In this document: one piece after another, positions 1 through 13,474 of the stretch
Position numbering within the stretch: position 1 is the first letter of the stretch
Layout: each line of letters starts with the position of its first letter
Source: Paraphysomonas bandaiensis
Lineage: Eukaryota > Protista > Chrysophyceae
DNA: 64,000 bases
Reading direction: 5' to 3'
Assembly: GCA_965644295.1 (NCBI GenBank)
Contig: CBFFRP010000433.1
Span: 186,001-250,000, forward strand
Made by a program: the position numbers and the translations under genes
The notes under the pieces: generated by a model
Told to the model about the DNA's origin: nothing
Seen by the model: only the letters and a program-made list of their open reading frames with translations
Databases searched by the model: none

Positions 1-744
1 GTGATATGCATATTAAGGGTGTGACGTGTGAGCGTGTGTCAATGTGTTTCAACTCTGTACATATTTTCATACTCTCACTATAGAAAAGATAAAAGTTATA
101 CGCTCTATGAGTATAAATATATATAGACTCCGTATATTTAAGTCAACTTTTGGCCTTCTACTGCTCTTCTTCTTCATACTTACCAGATCGCCTGCTTGCT
201 CAATAAGATGCTTAATAACGACTGGAATGACCCACTTAATGATGCCACGAATAAACCTCGTCTTATCTTTGCTTTAAAGGGTTGTGACATTGCTGTCTTA
301 TGTCGATATTGTCTTGTATTTGTTGCTATCTTTTAATGTGTCTATCACGTCTTTTATCTCTTCCACAGATAGAGCTCCATTATTGGGGTAAACCGTATGC
401 AATAAATTACCTTTTTTACAACTACCCTTTTCTCAATAGAATGCTGTATTTTTAGGGTAAAAATAGTAAAAATAGAAAAAATAAATTGCCGCCATCCTGT
501 AATCTGAGGGTGTGGGGAATAGTGAGTGGTGATGATGAGTGAGAACTTTTCTCGTTTTTCTGGACTTGTCTGGTAGGACTATGCGTATGCGTGTGTATCT
601 ACTAGTACCTACAACAGCAGCAGTGGGTGTCAGCACAGGGCAGTTGAGGTCCTCCTATATATACATATACAGATATATCCCACACACGATATTATTACTC
701 AGACAAAGCTATTAGAGTAGTAAACAGATAGCATTGTATACATA

Positions 745-1882
745 ATGATATTTCAGTATTGGTTTGGAGCTATAGTGTTATGTGTCTGTATATTGCGATG
801 TGAGTCACTTCGAACGCACTATTATGAATATGAGAATGGAGTGTTCAATAAGAAGACTGTAACTGAGGCTCCAAATACTGAAGACAATCCAAAGATTAAT
901 CACGCTATGAGAAGTAAGTTCAATTCACAGACAGGACAAGATCAGGTAGTATACAACACACTCGATAAGAAGAAGGGCGGCTATTTTGTCGATTTGGCAG
1001 CTAATCACTTCGTATTATTATCTAACACATTCTCGTTGGAGCAACATCACTCCTGGTCTGGTATTTGCATTGAGCCGAACCCTATGTATTTGTATGGGTT
1101 AGTTACTCGAAGGACGTGTAATGTATTAGTTAATCCCATAAGTGATAAAGCAGACGAACATTTAACATTCAGACTCAAGCATGTGTACGGTGGGTTTGTT
1201 GGTCCCGACATGGATAATTCGAACACTAATAAGCAGGATGGGAGTGATGTGACGTTAACCACGGCAACATTGACAGATACTTTGGACTTTTTCAATGCAC
1301 CGCACGTCATTGATTATTTATCTCTCGATGTTGAAGGGGCAGAGTACTTGGTACGTAATTGTGGTATAGGTGGTATTGAGTCATGTGTAGCTGTGTAATT
1401 GTGAGAATAGTAATGAGTGTGGTATCCATTTTGTGTTTCATACTATGATGTTCGCTATTCTATTCGTTTTATAAGTTGTATGTGTTGATTAGGCCTTAAA
1501 AACTTTCAACTTCTCGAAGTATACCTTCCTGATCATGAGCATAGAGAGGCCGACAGAAGAACTCCACAAGTTGCTCGCAAATAATGGATACTGGTTCGTT
1601 TCTAAATTATCTCCTTGGGGCGAGGTCGTTTATTTTCATGATAGTCTTCCTGATTTGGAGGTACATATGGCAAAGTATGTAAGTAGAGATGGTGATCAAC
1701 GTGCCACCGGGTGGGCCAAAGTATACCACCATTATTTACTCGTCCCCAACTTTTGGGGGGATCACGTAGAGGTAGAGAGTAGTGGCACGAAATTAGTTAT
1801 TGCCGAACGCAATGCGCATCGGTTGAACCGTTATTCCAAATTAAGGGGCTCCCATAAAAGTATGAATTCTTATACGGTATAG
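745..1882 (+). CDS. FkbM-family (Star-like) SAM-dependent methyltransferase, 2 exons (745-1350, 1493-1882), N-terminal signal/anchor
   Basis: Motifs GYFVDLAAN, SNTFSLE..WSGICIEPNP and IDYLSLDVEGAE. A GT(1351)..AG(1492) intron joins exon 1 in frame to ALKTFNFSKYTFLIMSIERP. Confidence 0.85.
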
Positions 1883-2161
1883 AATTGATATCATCGTTTA
1901 GTCATGATTATGTTTGATAATTACAGTAATTGTGTTGTTAATTTCTCCACAACGCGTTTAATTTGAAAAGTGATAATATTACTAATGATAGGCAGGAGGT
2001 TGAATGACTTTGTATCTAAAAGAAAATTCAATAAATTATAGAAAATAGAAACGTAGAACTTTCAATTGGGTGATTAAAAAAACATTTTTCACTCAATTAC
2101 TTATATCTGCATTCAAAATGCTCCTGGACTTAGCAGTAGGAATTCGTCTCCATATAATATC

Positions 2162-3755
2162 TCACAAAATTTCATTTCGGTATTCGTACCCGATGTACGG
2201 CTTAGCGTCATCATCAGAGCTATTGATATCATCACTCCATTCTACACGATCACGTCTCTTGGCTATGGATGAGAAGTTTGTTTCTGGGCATGTGCAGTGC
2301 TCTAGCAACAAGTCATATACAGAATCTTAAGAATAATCTTTACCTTGCAAACAATCAACTAAATATGGGTACACATTCTCCATTGCAACTGAGTGGAAAT
2401 CAAACTTCTCAAATATTCCACTATTAACCGCATCACGAATTCTTGAATGAATAGTACATTGGTATTCATTTGGGTCTACGTCATAAATCATAGGCTGCAA
2501 ATAGTAGCCTCTTTCAATGCTGTATGTATCCGGATTTAGTTCAAAAACTTTGTTTTCCTTATCAAAATGGACCTTTTTCAATCCAGAACGACAACCTCGT
2601 ATGCGATTCCATTGTGAAGCCAATGGATGGTAAACACAGTACCCATCTACAGATAATAAGTACTACATACATCATCTTCAGATTCGTGGTACCTGTATCT
2701 TTTACAATCTCACGAATTTTGCGATCGTTTAAATCAGACATATCACGCAGTTCATCCATACGTCTCTCGCATCGTCGTACCCATTTTAGTGGCAGAGGTG
2801 TAAATCCGCAACTTGAATTCATATTTTGCACACGTATTGCTGCATGCTCACTTGACGATATGAACTGTGAGAGGGCAAAGTCCGCAATATCTGCTATGGC
2901 AACATTAACACGACACTCGAAGTATTGTTTTGAGTAGTCAAGTAAATTTTCTACAGTTTGTCGTGCATCATAAACCGCCTTCATGTCTTCACGTGAAACT
3001 CTCATGTGCAAAATATCTCCTTTTCGAAGGTGTAGCAAGTCCCATGGCGAATTCACATTAAGATATTGTAGATTTAGTCGTACACGGGGATATACTGTAT
3101 CTTGAAATACCATGCTCAGTGTTAGTTCTTTGAAAGGATTTGTTTCAAAGAGAGCACAAGTATGCCTGTCAACATATTCGGGTCGACGAAGGCAGCTTTT
3201 TAAGTGGCGAATAGAACAATTTCGGGATCGGACATAGGGCCCATGAAGGTACGGTTTGTTTCGTATAGGTCGCCGGTTAAAGTGTGTAGTCAATGTAGGT
3301 TGCGTAATTCGACGCTGATTTACCACAGGTGTCGACGTTTTGCTTATAATTCGGTTCAGCGAAGGCTTGGGTAACATAAATTGCAAGTCAACAAATATAC
3401 GAGGCATATACATTGTCAGAGTTTCAATAATACGTTTTAGTGCTGAAGTTATTTTTGTCCTCTTCGGTTTGCTCTTTTTCCCCCAATTTTCATCTAGATC
3501 GAGCTGCATTGCTCGTATGTCGTCGATTGTTCCATTGCACGGCTCCTCCTTCGGCATCTCTCGAGCCATCTCGACGCCACGCTTTAGCCAGCTCTTGGCA
3601 ATGAATGATAGGTGTTGGTCAATTGTCTCTAAATCTTCATCACCCAAATCCAATAAGTCTTCCATCTTTCGGACTCCCATTCTGCGCAAGTGCTGCAGTA
3701 ACTCATCATTAGGCAGACACTCCCTCATAACATTCTCTTTTTTACTTTTATTCAT
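2162..3755 (-). CDS. Hypothetical protein with tentative SAM-like helical repeats; 3' part interrupted (possible pseudogene)
   Basis: 397-aa ORF with segments such as LRRMGVRKMEDLLDLGDEDL and LQYLNVNSPWDLLHLRKGDI. Protein-like sequence continues in another frame (2623-2327) and past an in-frame TAA to 2162. Confidence 0.4.
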
Positions 3756-3936
3756 GATATATACTTAAATTAGACACTATATGATTCTTGTGATCTTGAA
3801 CACTTCCTCGATAGCAATAAAAGCCAACACTGACTCGTCATAGAGTGTTGTAGAGTTCTGTTTATGGTATCTTTCTCCATTTCCGTAAAATCAGTGTAGC
3901 TTTCCGCAATATCTTCAAACCACATATCGGCAGTCT

Positions 3937-4375
3937 GCATCTTATTTATTCGGAAATAAATTGAAGCAAAATTCTTCTATATAAATGCAATACAACTACG
4001 GCTGGAATACAGATAATTGTTGTCTCAATATTAGAGGCATTTTAGAACAAAAATATACGAAGGATATCGATACGCCAGTTTCCTGGAAACTGATCTGTAT
4101 ATATATGTAGTGGAATACGTAGTTGGAAGGACTACTGTATTAATGAAATACTCAGCTGTATTCTTAGTATACGTTGTTGATTCGTTGTGTTTGTCCCAAT
4201 ATTAGAGACGGGGGTAGCAGTGCGACTTGAACATCATCGTATGCATCTTATTTTTCGGGAATAAATTGAAGCAAAAAGCCTCTATATTAGTGATATACAA
4301 CTACAGCAGGAATACAGACAATTATTGTCTCAATATTAGAGGCACCTTGGAAGAAAAATATACAAAGGAGCCGGA
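3937..4375. repeat. Diverged ~130-bp direct duplication (about 3937-4070 and 4243-4375)
   Basis: Both copies read gcatcttattt..cgg.aataaattgaagcaaaa..tacaactac..ggaatacaga.aatt.ttgtctcaatattagaggca. Confidence 0.75.
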
Positions 4376-5506
4376 TGCCGATAGATCATGATATGACACA
4401 CATCCTCATAGCTAGCTATGCATATGCTATGAGCCATACATAGATGATGATGAACAAAGTAACAGGCAGCAATATCGCCTATTTCTAATAAGTAGACTAT
4501 CATTACAAGAGAAGCTGAACTAATTTGATATCGCTCATAGTTATGTTCACGAACATGTCTTTAGCAACCAGTCAAGAATACACTGCATAGGCTCATGCAT
4601 ATTTATGTCTACACAAGTCTCAGTGATACAGTCCTGAACCCAGTATATGTTTATATAAACAACTCTTAGCTTTACTTATGTCTAGATATGCTATGAGAGA
4701 CACGTATAAACATGTAGATCATTACCTTCTTTTGACGCATTAGACGAAACATACTTCTTATAACTTGAATTCATTTCCACCTTAATCCTGATTTATTAGT
4801 ACTTTACAAGAAGTTATCATTCTTAATCTAATTTAGTGTATATGGCTAAGCCATGTAATTGAGAATCAGGTGTGTCTTGCAGTTTATAGATTTCCCAGAG
4901 CAAACACTCCGCAGTCTCTCTAATTAACGAATTGTGATCTTAGTTTCCTAAACACTTGTCAGATGCATAAATATAAACCTTGCAATCAATTTAAGCTACC
5001 TACCAGTGGTGCTCAGAACATTTTTTAGACGAGTTTAGTCTAGTTAGCACAAATTGAATCTGAGGAACATTTGCTAAAAAGTATCATATTAACTATTAAC
5101 TATTCAATGTTATAAGTTATGTGGTGTGTAAAAAACGTAAGTATACACAAATAGTCCAACCGATAAAATGTAGTGGTCGTATTGCTCTAGACTTATATTT
5201 CAATTGGAGTCATTGGGGTGTACCTCTCTACCAATAAGGTTCTTGATAGATTATATATGCCTGGCACTTGTATGCTTCCAATCGACTCTCTGGTAGCTGT
5301 CACAATTAAGAACGAATTGGTACAATATGTCGTCTAAGCAGAAACGAAAGTTTATAAATGACGCATAAGGCAGAAGAACACAAAAAATTTAGCAGTAGGT
5401 TGTTGGATTAGAGTTATAGTGCAACGCTGAAATAAACTACCCGTTAAGCAACATTAAGTCAGCACGCAACTAAAGTAAGCAAAGATAACTACAACTGGTC
5501 CCTCGT

Positions 5507-6310
5507 TTACTTTCCGCTGCCCTTCTTGCGCTTGAGCATCTTGGCGTAGAACTCGAGTTCCTTGCCCTCAAGGATGTAACCGTCGCAACGACCAGACTGG
5601 CCAGGGCGAGAAGAGATACAGGCCAAAAGACGACCAGAGCTGAATGCATCATCAAGAGCGGGGTCTAGAGTGCGGGTCTTCTGTCTCTCAGCGAGCTTTC
5701 TCTCAAGACTGCGAGACTTCTTAACAGCAGTCTAAATACAAACAAATAACATTAAATTAAAACTTCTACTATGTTTGATATTTTATACCTCCTCCTCGGC
5801 GGCGCCAGCCTTCTTAGCCTTCTTGACACCAACCTTGACACCGTAGTGCTGCTCGTACCAGGCACGGAATGGGGTGGCATCGATCTGAACAATAGAGTTC
5901 TTGACGAGGGTTTTGGTACGCACCAACTCGTTGTTAGAAGCGTTATATACGACATCCAGGACACGGGTCTTTCTGGTGCACACTACACACACAAAACATT
6001 TACCAACCTCAAGATAATTAACAACCGCATTTAATACCTTCACTTCCCCAAGAGAAGTTTCCAGAATCGAGCCTCATGGCACGGAACTTGAGGTTTCCAC
6101 CTCTGCAACGCACGGGGTGGATTCTCTGAGGTCCAAGCTTTGTGTTGGCAGGGGGTCTGCCGAGCTCATACTGCCTCTTCTTCTTAAGGTTGGCTTTTCT
6201 GCCACCAGTAGCTCGGCGTTTGTGTCTGCTATCACGAGAAATACCTAACCAATACAACAAACAAAGAAAATTAGAATATCACTACCAAGTTTTACTACTT
6301 TCTCACCCAT
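5507..6310 (-). CDS. RPS8: 40S ribosomal protein S8 (eS8), 4 exons (6310-6307, 6244-6038, 5982-5789, 5731-5507)
   Basis: Spliced product [86 protein letters not shown]. All introns are GT-AG. Confidence 0.98.
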
Positions 6311-7862
6311 ATTCAAGCTATCTCTTTTCCAACAATGAAATAACTTACATTAACATGCATTCCCACTACCATCAGAGGAGTGGTAAGAAATAATCTCAGA
6401 GCCACACCACAAACATAAAAAAAAATATAGTTAGAGTAACAAATCTCAAAGGGACAATTATTTTCAGTTTGTTATCTATATATTATTCAATATTTTATTA
6501 TGGAAAGTTGGAATTCCATAATTTTTAGATTTAAACCATTAAATACCAGGAAATGTTTGTGTAAATAGTAGGTTTTTTATGTAAGTTAACGTAAAATCAA
6601 TCTGATTAGATGTGGACATACAGTATCTATCGTCGCCTATGCAATTCTATGTACATGTATCTCATACTTAAGTCACCTGCCCTGTTATGATATCACCATA
6701 ACTATCATCTCTGGATATATCCTGAAGATAACAGACAACACTCAGCTCTTATCAACTAAAGGGGGTGTCCCATAACAAGAGCATGTCATAGTGTAGCAGT
6801 TAAGCTAATTAAGCTACTAGTATCCCGGAATATATATATATATGAGGTACGTGGACATTATTCATACTCGAAGTACGGCCCGTTTCAGGGCTTGAGATGT
6901 TAATAATGCTTCGAGATGAAAGAGAAGCTGCGTCTGACTCTAATGGGAGTTGGGTGCTTCAGTCAAGCGATCAAAGACTAGATAAGAGCAGTTTTAATAC
7001 TAGTACCTTCTTATATTTATAATAAATAAATAACTTTTAAAGTGTTATCTGTTATTCTAGTCAAGTAGTTTAGGGCCGACCTTTTCATTTCTTTAATAAG
7101 TATCACTAGTAGAAAGGGTGTACAGTAGCTTTACACTGCGGCCAAATAAATAATAAATGATTCAAGACCGCAATCGTCGTTACGTTACCACACCCAAAGG
7201 GTCACAGAACACGTCAGCAACACATGATTGAAACATAGAAACACAAGTCGAAAACCGCTGGTTCTCTATTATCGATTACTAGGTGTAACGAAGAGACCTT
7301 ACTCATCCCAGACGTCTACCTCTCCCACAGTCCCTTCACAAGTGGAAAAAAACGCTACGGCACAGCCTCCGTCTCAGGCTAAGTACACTCGACTAACAAA
7401 TTCAGAATCCTGTGCCTCCACAACGTCCTGCACTTCCAGGTTCCAGGGCTCACTCCCATAGAGATCTTCTCTCAAGTTTCATAGCGTTCTTATGTAGTAG
7501 GATAGGAGAACTTGTACTAGTTAATTACAGGTAGAAATCTATCTGCCGTGAATAGTTTTCATCTAGCTACTTATTTGGAGCTTATTCTCGACGCCTATTG
7601 CAAATACTAACACTTCATAAATACTAGACACTAAGAAACTAAGAAAGGGAAAATTTAGCTGCGAAGTTAAACTGTTGTAGTGTGTAGAATGTTTATCTCT
7701 ATATATCTATGGTATTAAAAGTTTACTTGTGTTCTTATTACATTGGTGATAAGTGTCTTCCTTTTTTTCTAGTCATTTGGGCTGATCACAGTTTATTCGT
7801 TTCATATAAGAATTATTAATATTATGTACTACTGCTATATATAATGACGAGTGAACTAATGG

Positions 7863-10800
7863 CTAGAACTCTTCCTCTTCCATTGTTCTTCCAGTTATTT
7901 CATAAAACTGCTCTTCTCTGGCTTGAAGACAGGCCATCAGCCTTCTAACTTCATCTTTTAATACTTCATTTTCCTGCACTACTTCATGATACATTCCCTG
8001 CAGGCCATCAAGTTCTTCGCTGAGGGAAGAATTTGCAGCAAGTAGGTTAGCCTGATTAACTTCTACCTACAGATAACAATCACAAGCATATTAGTTCTAT
8101 TGAAAAAAATAAACAGCTGATAATAATAGATTTGCATCAAAATATAACAAATCATATTCACACCTCCTTCAGTCCCTCCGTAAGCGTGGACAGCATATTG
8201 TCTTTCCTGTCAACATTCTCTTGTAGCCTATCAACTTCACTCTGAAGTTGTTTGTTGTCACTTTCTCGTCTCTTGAGTTCTGCCTGTAGCTGGGCGACTG
8301 TGGAAAGGGCTGAAATGCCGTTTGACTGGTTTTGACTTTGGATTGTGCTTGACGAACTAACGATAGCTGTAACATCAGCAGAATTGCTAGTCGTTACGCT
8401 CCCACTCGACCCGCCGCCAGATAGCCTACACAACAAAAACGAAGACAAGTACTTCATGAGTAGGAACAAAGAGAAATAGATATCAATTGTTTGGGAACTA
8501 TTGTATTCCAAAATACATACAGAACGAATGATATTAACCTAAACACACTGACAACACCATACTTGGATTTACTCGGCTTCGTGACATGCTGCTTTAATAT
8601 GTGAAGCATCTGAGAAACCCCCTCTAGCACTGGGTCAGCAGGCTTTGCTACTACTCTCTCCGTCGACGAAACTAGCTTCTCCCGAGGTACTCCTGCGAGA
8701 ATATCCTCAACTCGACTAGATGACAAACGACTATTTCCAGCGGGTGGCCCAATAGAGCGACGGGCATACATGGCTTTGGGAGACATCGACTGTTTCGGGG
8801 TGATACTTTTACGCTTAGAAATATCGGCAAAGAAGTCATCATCACCACCACTCTCACTTTCGTTCGTGTCATTGTGTTGGTCCTCCGAGCCCGAATCACT
8901 TCCATCATGTGTAGTTTCCCCTATTCCCTTTTTTGAATTCATGGTATCTGTGTTCGCAGAGGCGACCTGGACGTCAATGTCGGTCAAATCTGATGCACTT
9001 TTAGACTGTTTTACGGGTGGGCTTCCATCATTCGATGATTTTTTTACTGCAGTATGTGAAGGGCTTCTATTCTGTGCACTTGGTGTTGCAATCACTTTAC
9101 TGCCCGTTTTCTTGGTAGCTTGTCTAGGGCTGTTCGAATTCCGTGGTGACGACGTTCTTCGGGACGGACCTTTCAGCCTCGATATACCACTTGGCCTTTT
9201 GTCCCTAGCAGCTTTCGCCTCTGCTTCTTGCTTCGCTTGGGCTTCACCTTTCAGAATTAACCTTTCCATGTGATCTATCATCTGTAAAGATAAGTTGCAA
9301 TTACACGATACTACTGACAATAGGATGTGAAAATCTTACTTCAAGCATGAGCTGCTGGTTGTCCTCTGGTTCATCATCATCAGCCCCCTTTTTCTTGGTG
9401 GTCTGCATCATTGACTCCATATCTGCTAGCTTCGCTTTTAGTTGCTCTATTTCCACTCTATAAGCCCGTAAAAGTGTCTTATCATCCATTGTCTCATTTA
9501 CTCCAGCTTCCATCTTGATTCGCTTCGCCCTGGTGGCGAACTTCAACGTATTAGAAGTCTCCTCCACACATCGGATAGTTGGGGATATTGTACATATGAT
9601 GGTGATGAGAGCATTTCCCGATAGTGCGGTTTGCATAATCCTGAATGTTGAACACAACTTAAACCGTGCAATCACATATGGGGCATAAGGTAAAATACCT
9701 CGTCAATTTTGAGTCCCTATATGGTAGATGCTGCTTCTTCCGAGATCCGCCTTCTTCCTCACCAAGGCGATGTATAATGGTGGATAGCGTTAGCAAACTT
9801 TGATTTATATGTTTTGCCTCACGAGCCCGCACTCCCTTGCTATTTGTCATTTTTGCGTTCTCGGATCCAGCCAAGTCCACAAGGTTAAGGGTAGACACTC
9901 TAACAGGATCACCTATAAACATATCAGACCAAACTGGTGCTACACATACATCATGAGTTACCTGCAGTAGCCGAAAGTGCTTTGGACTCAATAATGAGTT
10001 TGAAAAGCGTGTGCGCTCGAGAACTTTTATCGTTCATATCTGTGGTGCCAACATGTCGATGCGCTTCTCCCCCTTGCAACAGCGCAATAACCTACAAAGT
10101 CACCCATTAAACACAAATATACATATTCATAACTGATAGCTGTCAACGCTGTGACATGAGAAAATACACAAGCTTGCAACACCTGGGCAGGATTCATCAC
10201 TACTTGCTCTTTCACACCACTGAGGACGATGCCAAGCTTAGGGTCCTGTTGAATCTTTATCTGTGTGCTGGACTCAGGATTGAGCAAATCATGAACCTAA
10301 GGCATAACATTAGTAAGAGTTCATGTGATATTTCATGTATCAACCGTTTCATTGTATATTTCCAGATATGATACTCTAAAGAGAAACTCCCTATCTCTGT
10401 ATTCTGAAATACATTCGAAACAATCGTATATAGCTTGTGGAATCAGTCCTGGCTGCTTAGCTGTTCCGTTCATCGTAAACGTCTTACCACTGGATGTCTG
10501 CAAGTCATATATATCAGCCAATAGTAAGTTAAACAAGCGCATATAACGAGAATGTGTACAAGTGAAAGGCATGTTCCTACCTGCCCGTAGGAGAATACAG
10601 AGCAATGATAGCCTTGCATGGCTTTATCCACTGTTTTCTTAACAATGCAGTTAAATATCATGTCATTTGTATGCTCTGGGTAGAACAGATGGTCAAAAGC
10701 GTAGGACATAGGAGGCGATAACGTCTCTGAAGTCTGGCGAAGTGATACAGAGTTCCGCTTTGGAATTGTGGAGGCATCCTGAGTGATTGTGTTGTTCTCC

Positions 10801-11030
10801 CAAACCCAAGCAAGTCGTTCATTTTTACTTCTCTCATCTTTTACTAGTGGACGAATTCGTACACATACTTGTACATTATCCTCCCCACTATCACTCTCTG
10901 TACAGGGAGATAGAGGAGGGGAAGGAGTGGCTATTGTCTCTGGTATAGTTGGTGATTGTAATGCAGAATCAGATGTTGATCGTCCTCTTGATGTTATACT
11001 TAATCTCTTTGTAAATGATTTCCACTTCAT
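7863..11030 (-). CDS. Kinesin motor protein, kinesin-7/CENP-E-like, multi-exon with coiled-coil tail
   Basis: VCVRIRP, YAFDHLF, spliced P-loop GQ|[60 protein letters not shown]. Coiled-coil exons continue to TAG at 7863. Confidence 0.9.
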
Positions 11031-11327
11031 AATGACCCTCTATAACCCTCTATATCCCTATAGAACCCTACACACTTATCAACACTGTCTACCTTCTATT
11101 CCAGTGAGAGCTAACACACAGCAACAACACTGATCAATATGATTGTTATGATCAGATAGATTTACAATCAACTTCACACTATAATGACATTCAATAAATA
11201 GAAGTCTATTAGTAGATATGTATGTATAGGTAGGTAGGTATATATATATATGAGGTGCTGTGATGATGAGATGCGTATATTAACTTAACGATAATTTTGT
11301 ATGTATATTTTTAGTAGATAATATTCT

Positions 11328-11545
11328 GTACGGTCTGTTTATACCCGTTATAATCCGTTAATATATCCGTAAGAATACTTTGGATGTCAGTGTGTACACT
11401 GCTCCCTGGACGAGATTTATATTCCCGTTACGGTCCGCTAATATATCTGTAAGAGTACACTCTGTTTGTTCTGCTCTGTAGATCCACAAGGACGAGATGT
11501 ATATACCCGTTACGGTCCGTTAATATATCCGTAAGAATACTCTGT
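11328..11545. repeat. Three ~82-85-bp imperfect tandem units in the divergent kinesin/Kelch intergenic region
   Basis: Core cccgtta(c/t)(gg/aa)tccg.taatatatc.gtaaga.tac recurs near 11344, 11424 and 11506. Confidence 0.75.
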
Positions 11546-11755
11546 ATGCGCGCAGACTCGTACTGCTGCTCTGACAGGAGTACGTGTCTAGATGGAGATG
11601 TCCTGATGGACCTGTACAGCCACTAATATATGCTGGAGGGGTTCTTGCAGGGTGGGTATTGGTTAAAACATCTCCCACTATCTCACTCTATCTCAACACT
11701 CCCTCATACGGGTACAGTATTGATCTAAACTGTACATATTACTTGAATTATCATC

Positions 11756-13019
11756 ATGACAGAGTATGAGAAGAAAGACAATGAAGAAGATACCTCTGAG
11801 TCCAGTGGTCATGTTTGTTCACGGTAGGAGTATATATATAGTCATATCTATGAGAAGGGATGTTATAATGATATTCATTAGATGCTCTACTAGTTTTACA
11901 TCACGAAATAAATTATTTAAACATCTTCGAGACTGTGGATCTTCTCATGAAACTGGAAAGAAACCAAAACCACAACTTTTAAATGATTCTAATATACCGT
12001 CGAATGTACGTGTATATGTCGTTGGTGGAAGACTGAGAGGACGTACACTGAGTGCTGTTCAAAGGCTGTCTATCGGCAGTGGAGAATGGGTTTCTGAAAC
12101 ACCTATGCTGGAAAATAGGGGTAGTCATGGTGCCGTCTTCCTCAATGGCATGTTGTATGCAATCGGTACGATGAGTTCGCTGGTGTTACAAACTATTTTA
12201 TGACTGAGCTGCAGGAGGTGGTGGTTTGCATTCAAACCTTTCCACGTGTGAAGTGTACGATGGAAGGGAGTGGAAGCTGATCGCCCCTAGTCAGATTTCT
12301 AGGCACGCCCTCTCTGTTACCTCGTATAAGAATAAAATATACGCTGTTGGTACGTAGTGTGTCTTATTCTCTGCACGTTCAATATGATGTCGTTTTTACC
12401 AGGAGGGTGGGTCGACGGTACCCTCTGTAGTGGGGCAGTAGAGAGTTATGATACCACTCCGTATGACTTAGCTGAACCTCAGTGGACTGTTCTTCCGAGC
12501 CTGATCTCTGCACGCCGCTTGCATGGAGTCGCAGCTCTTAAGGACCGTTTATATGCTTTTGGAGGTTGTCTTGATGATCCACACTGGCATACTGACTCGG
12601 CTGAGGTTTTAGATCTTGCTGCTTTAGAAGTAGCCCAGGATAGTAATGAGAGCAATTGTCAGTGGAGGCAACTGGAGAATAGAATACCTGCAACTGGGGG
12701 CGTCACAGCAGTAGCACTCTCTCCATATATCTTCCTATTTCTACACGGGAAGTACGTTGCTCGCTACGACCCTGAAGACGATAGTTATACACGTCTGTCC
12801 GACTTGCCAGTGTTCGATTGGCATTGTTTTGATGCTACTGCCATTAGCAGTACGCAGATAGTGCTTTTAGGAGGTGCTGCCGGTGGCAAGTGGTCTAAAG
12901 TAGTCTACAAGTACGATGCTCAGAATGACACCTGGGAAGACATGCCATCTATGAAACAAGCTAAACGGCGGTGCGCATGTGCTGCAGTTTTGGGGCAATT
13001 TCGCTCTGAGCAGAGTTAG
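11756..13019 (+). CDS. Kelch-repeat protein with an N-terminal zinc finger
   Basis: ATG 11756 MTEYEKK..HVCSR, spliced to CSTSFTSRNKLFKHLRDC. Kelch GG repeats VYVVGG, LYAIGG, IYAVGG, LYAFGG, IVLLGG with short GT-AG introns. Confidence 0.88.
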
Positions 13020-13254
13020 AAGATATGCGAAATGAAGGGATAGTTAGTTTTGGTGTACCCGTTACTATGTCATGCGTCATAAGCACCGTATCCATGTACC
13101 ATGTATACATCTAGCCTTTTAAATTGTGACATAAAAAGTATTTTTATTTTATAAAACGCAACGTACTCTCCTTCAAATTTCAACTTCTAGGCCCCGATAG
13201 ACGATAATATATTCTTACTGACATTCAGTAGTGAATAATGAATGTATTAGCAAT

Positions 13255-13364
13255 AGGCGTGTAAGAGTCAGAACTAAAACTAACATTTATACCCCCAAAA
13301 CTACTCTTCAGGCGTGTAAGAGTCAGAACTAAAACTAACATTCATACCCCCAAAAGTACTCTTC
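13255..13364. repeat. 55-bp tandem duplication
   Basis: aggcgtgtaagagtcagaactaaaactaacatt(t/c)atacccccaaaa(c/g)tactcttc occurs twice. Confidence 0.9.
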
Positions 13365-13474
13365 GTTACGCACTAAATAAGGAATAAAACCACAATGATG
13401 TTCGTCATAACCCACTACTACTTCTTCAAACGGCATATACGCTATACGCTACGTAGCAACTAAAGTACAGAACT

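Noticed and set aside
100-400. Minus-strand coding-like frame with two in-frame TAA, suggesting stop-codon reassignment
   Set aside because: RPS8, the MDR gene and the carriers end in TAA and have no internal stops, so the code is standard. At most a decayed fragment.
4444-4518. Box C/D snoRNA-like atgatga...ctga
   Set aside because: No terminal stem or recognisable rRNA guide; such boxes arise by chance.
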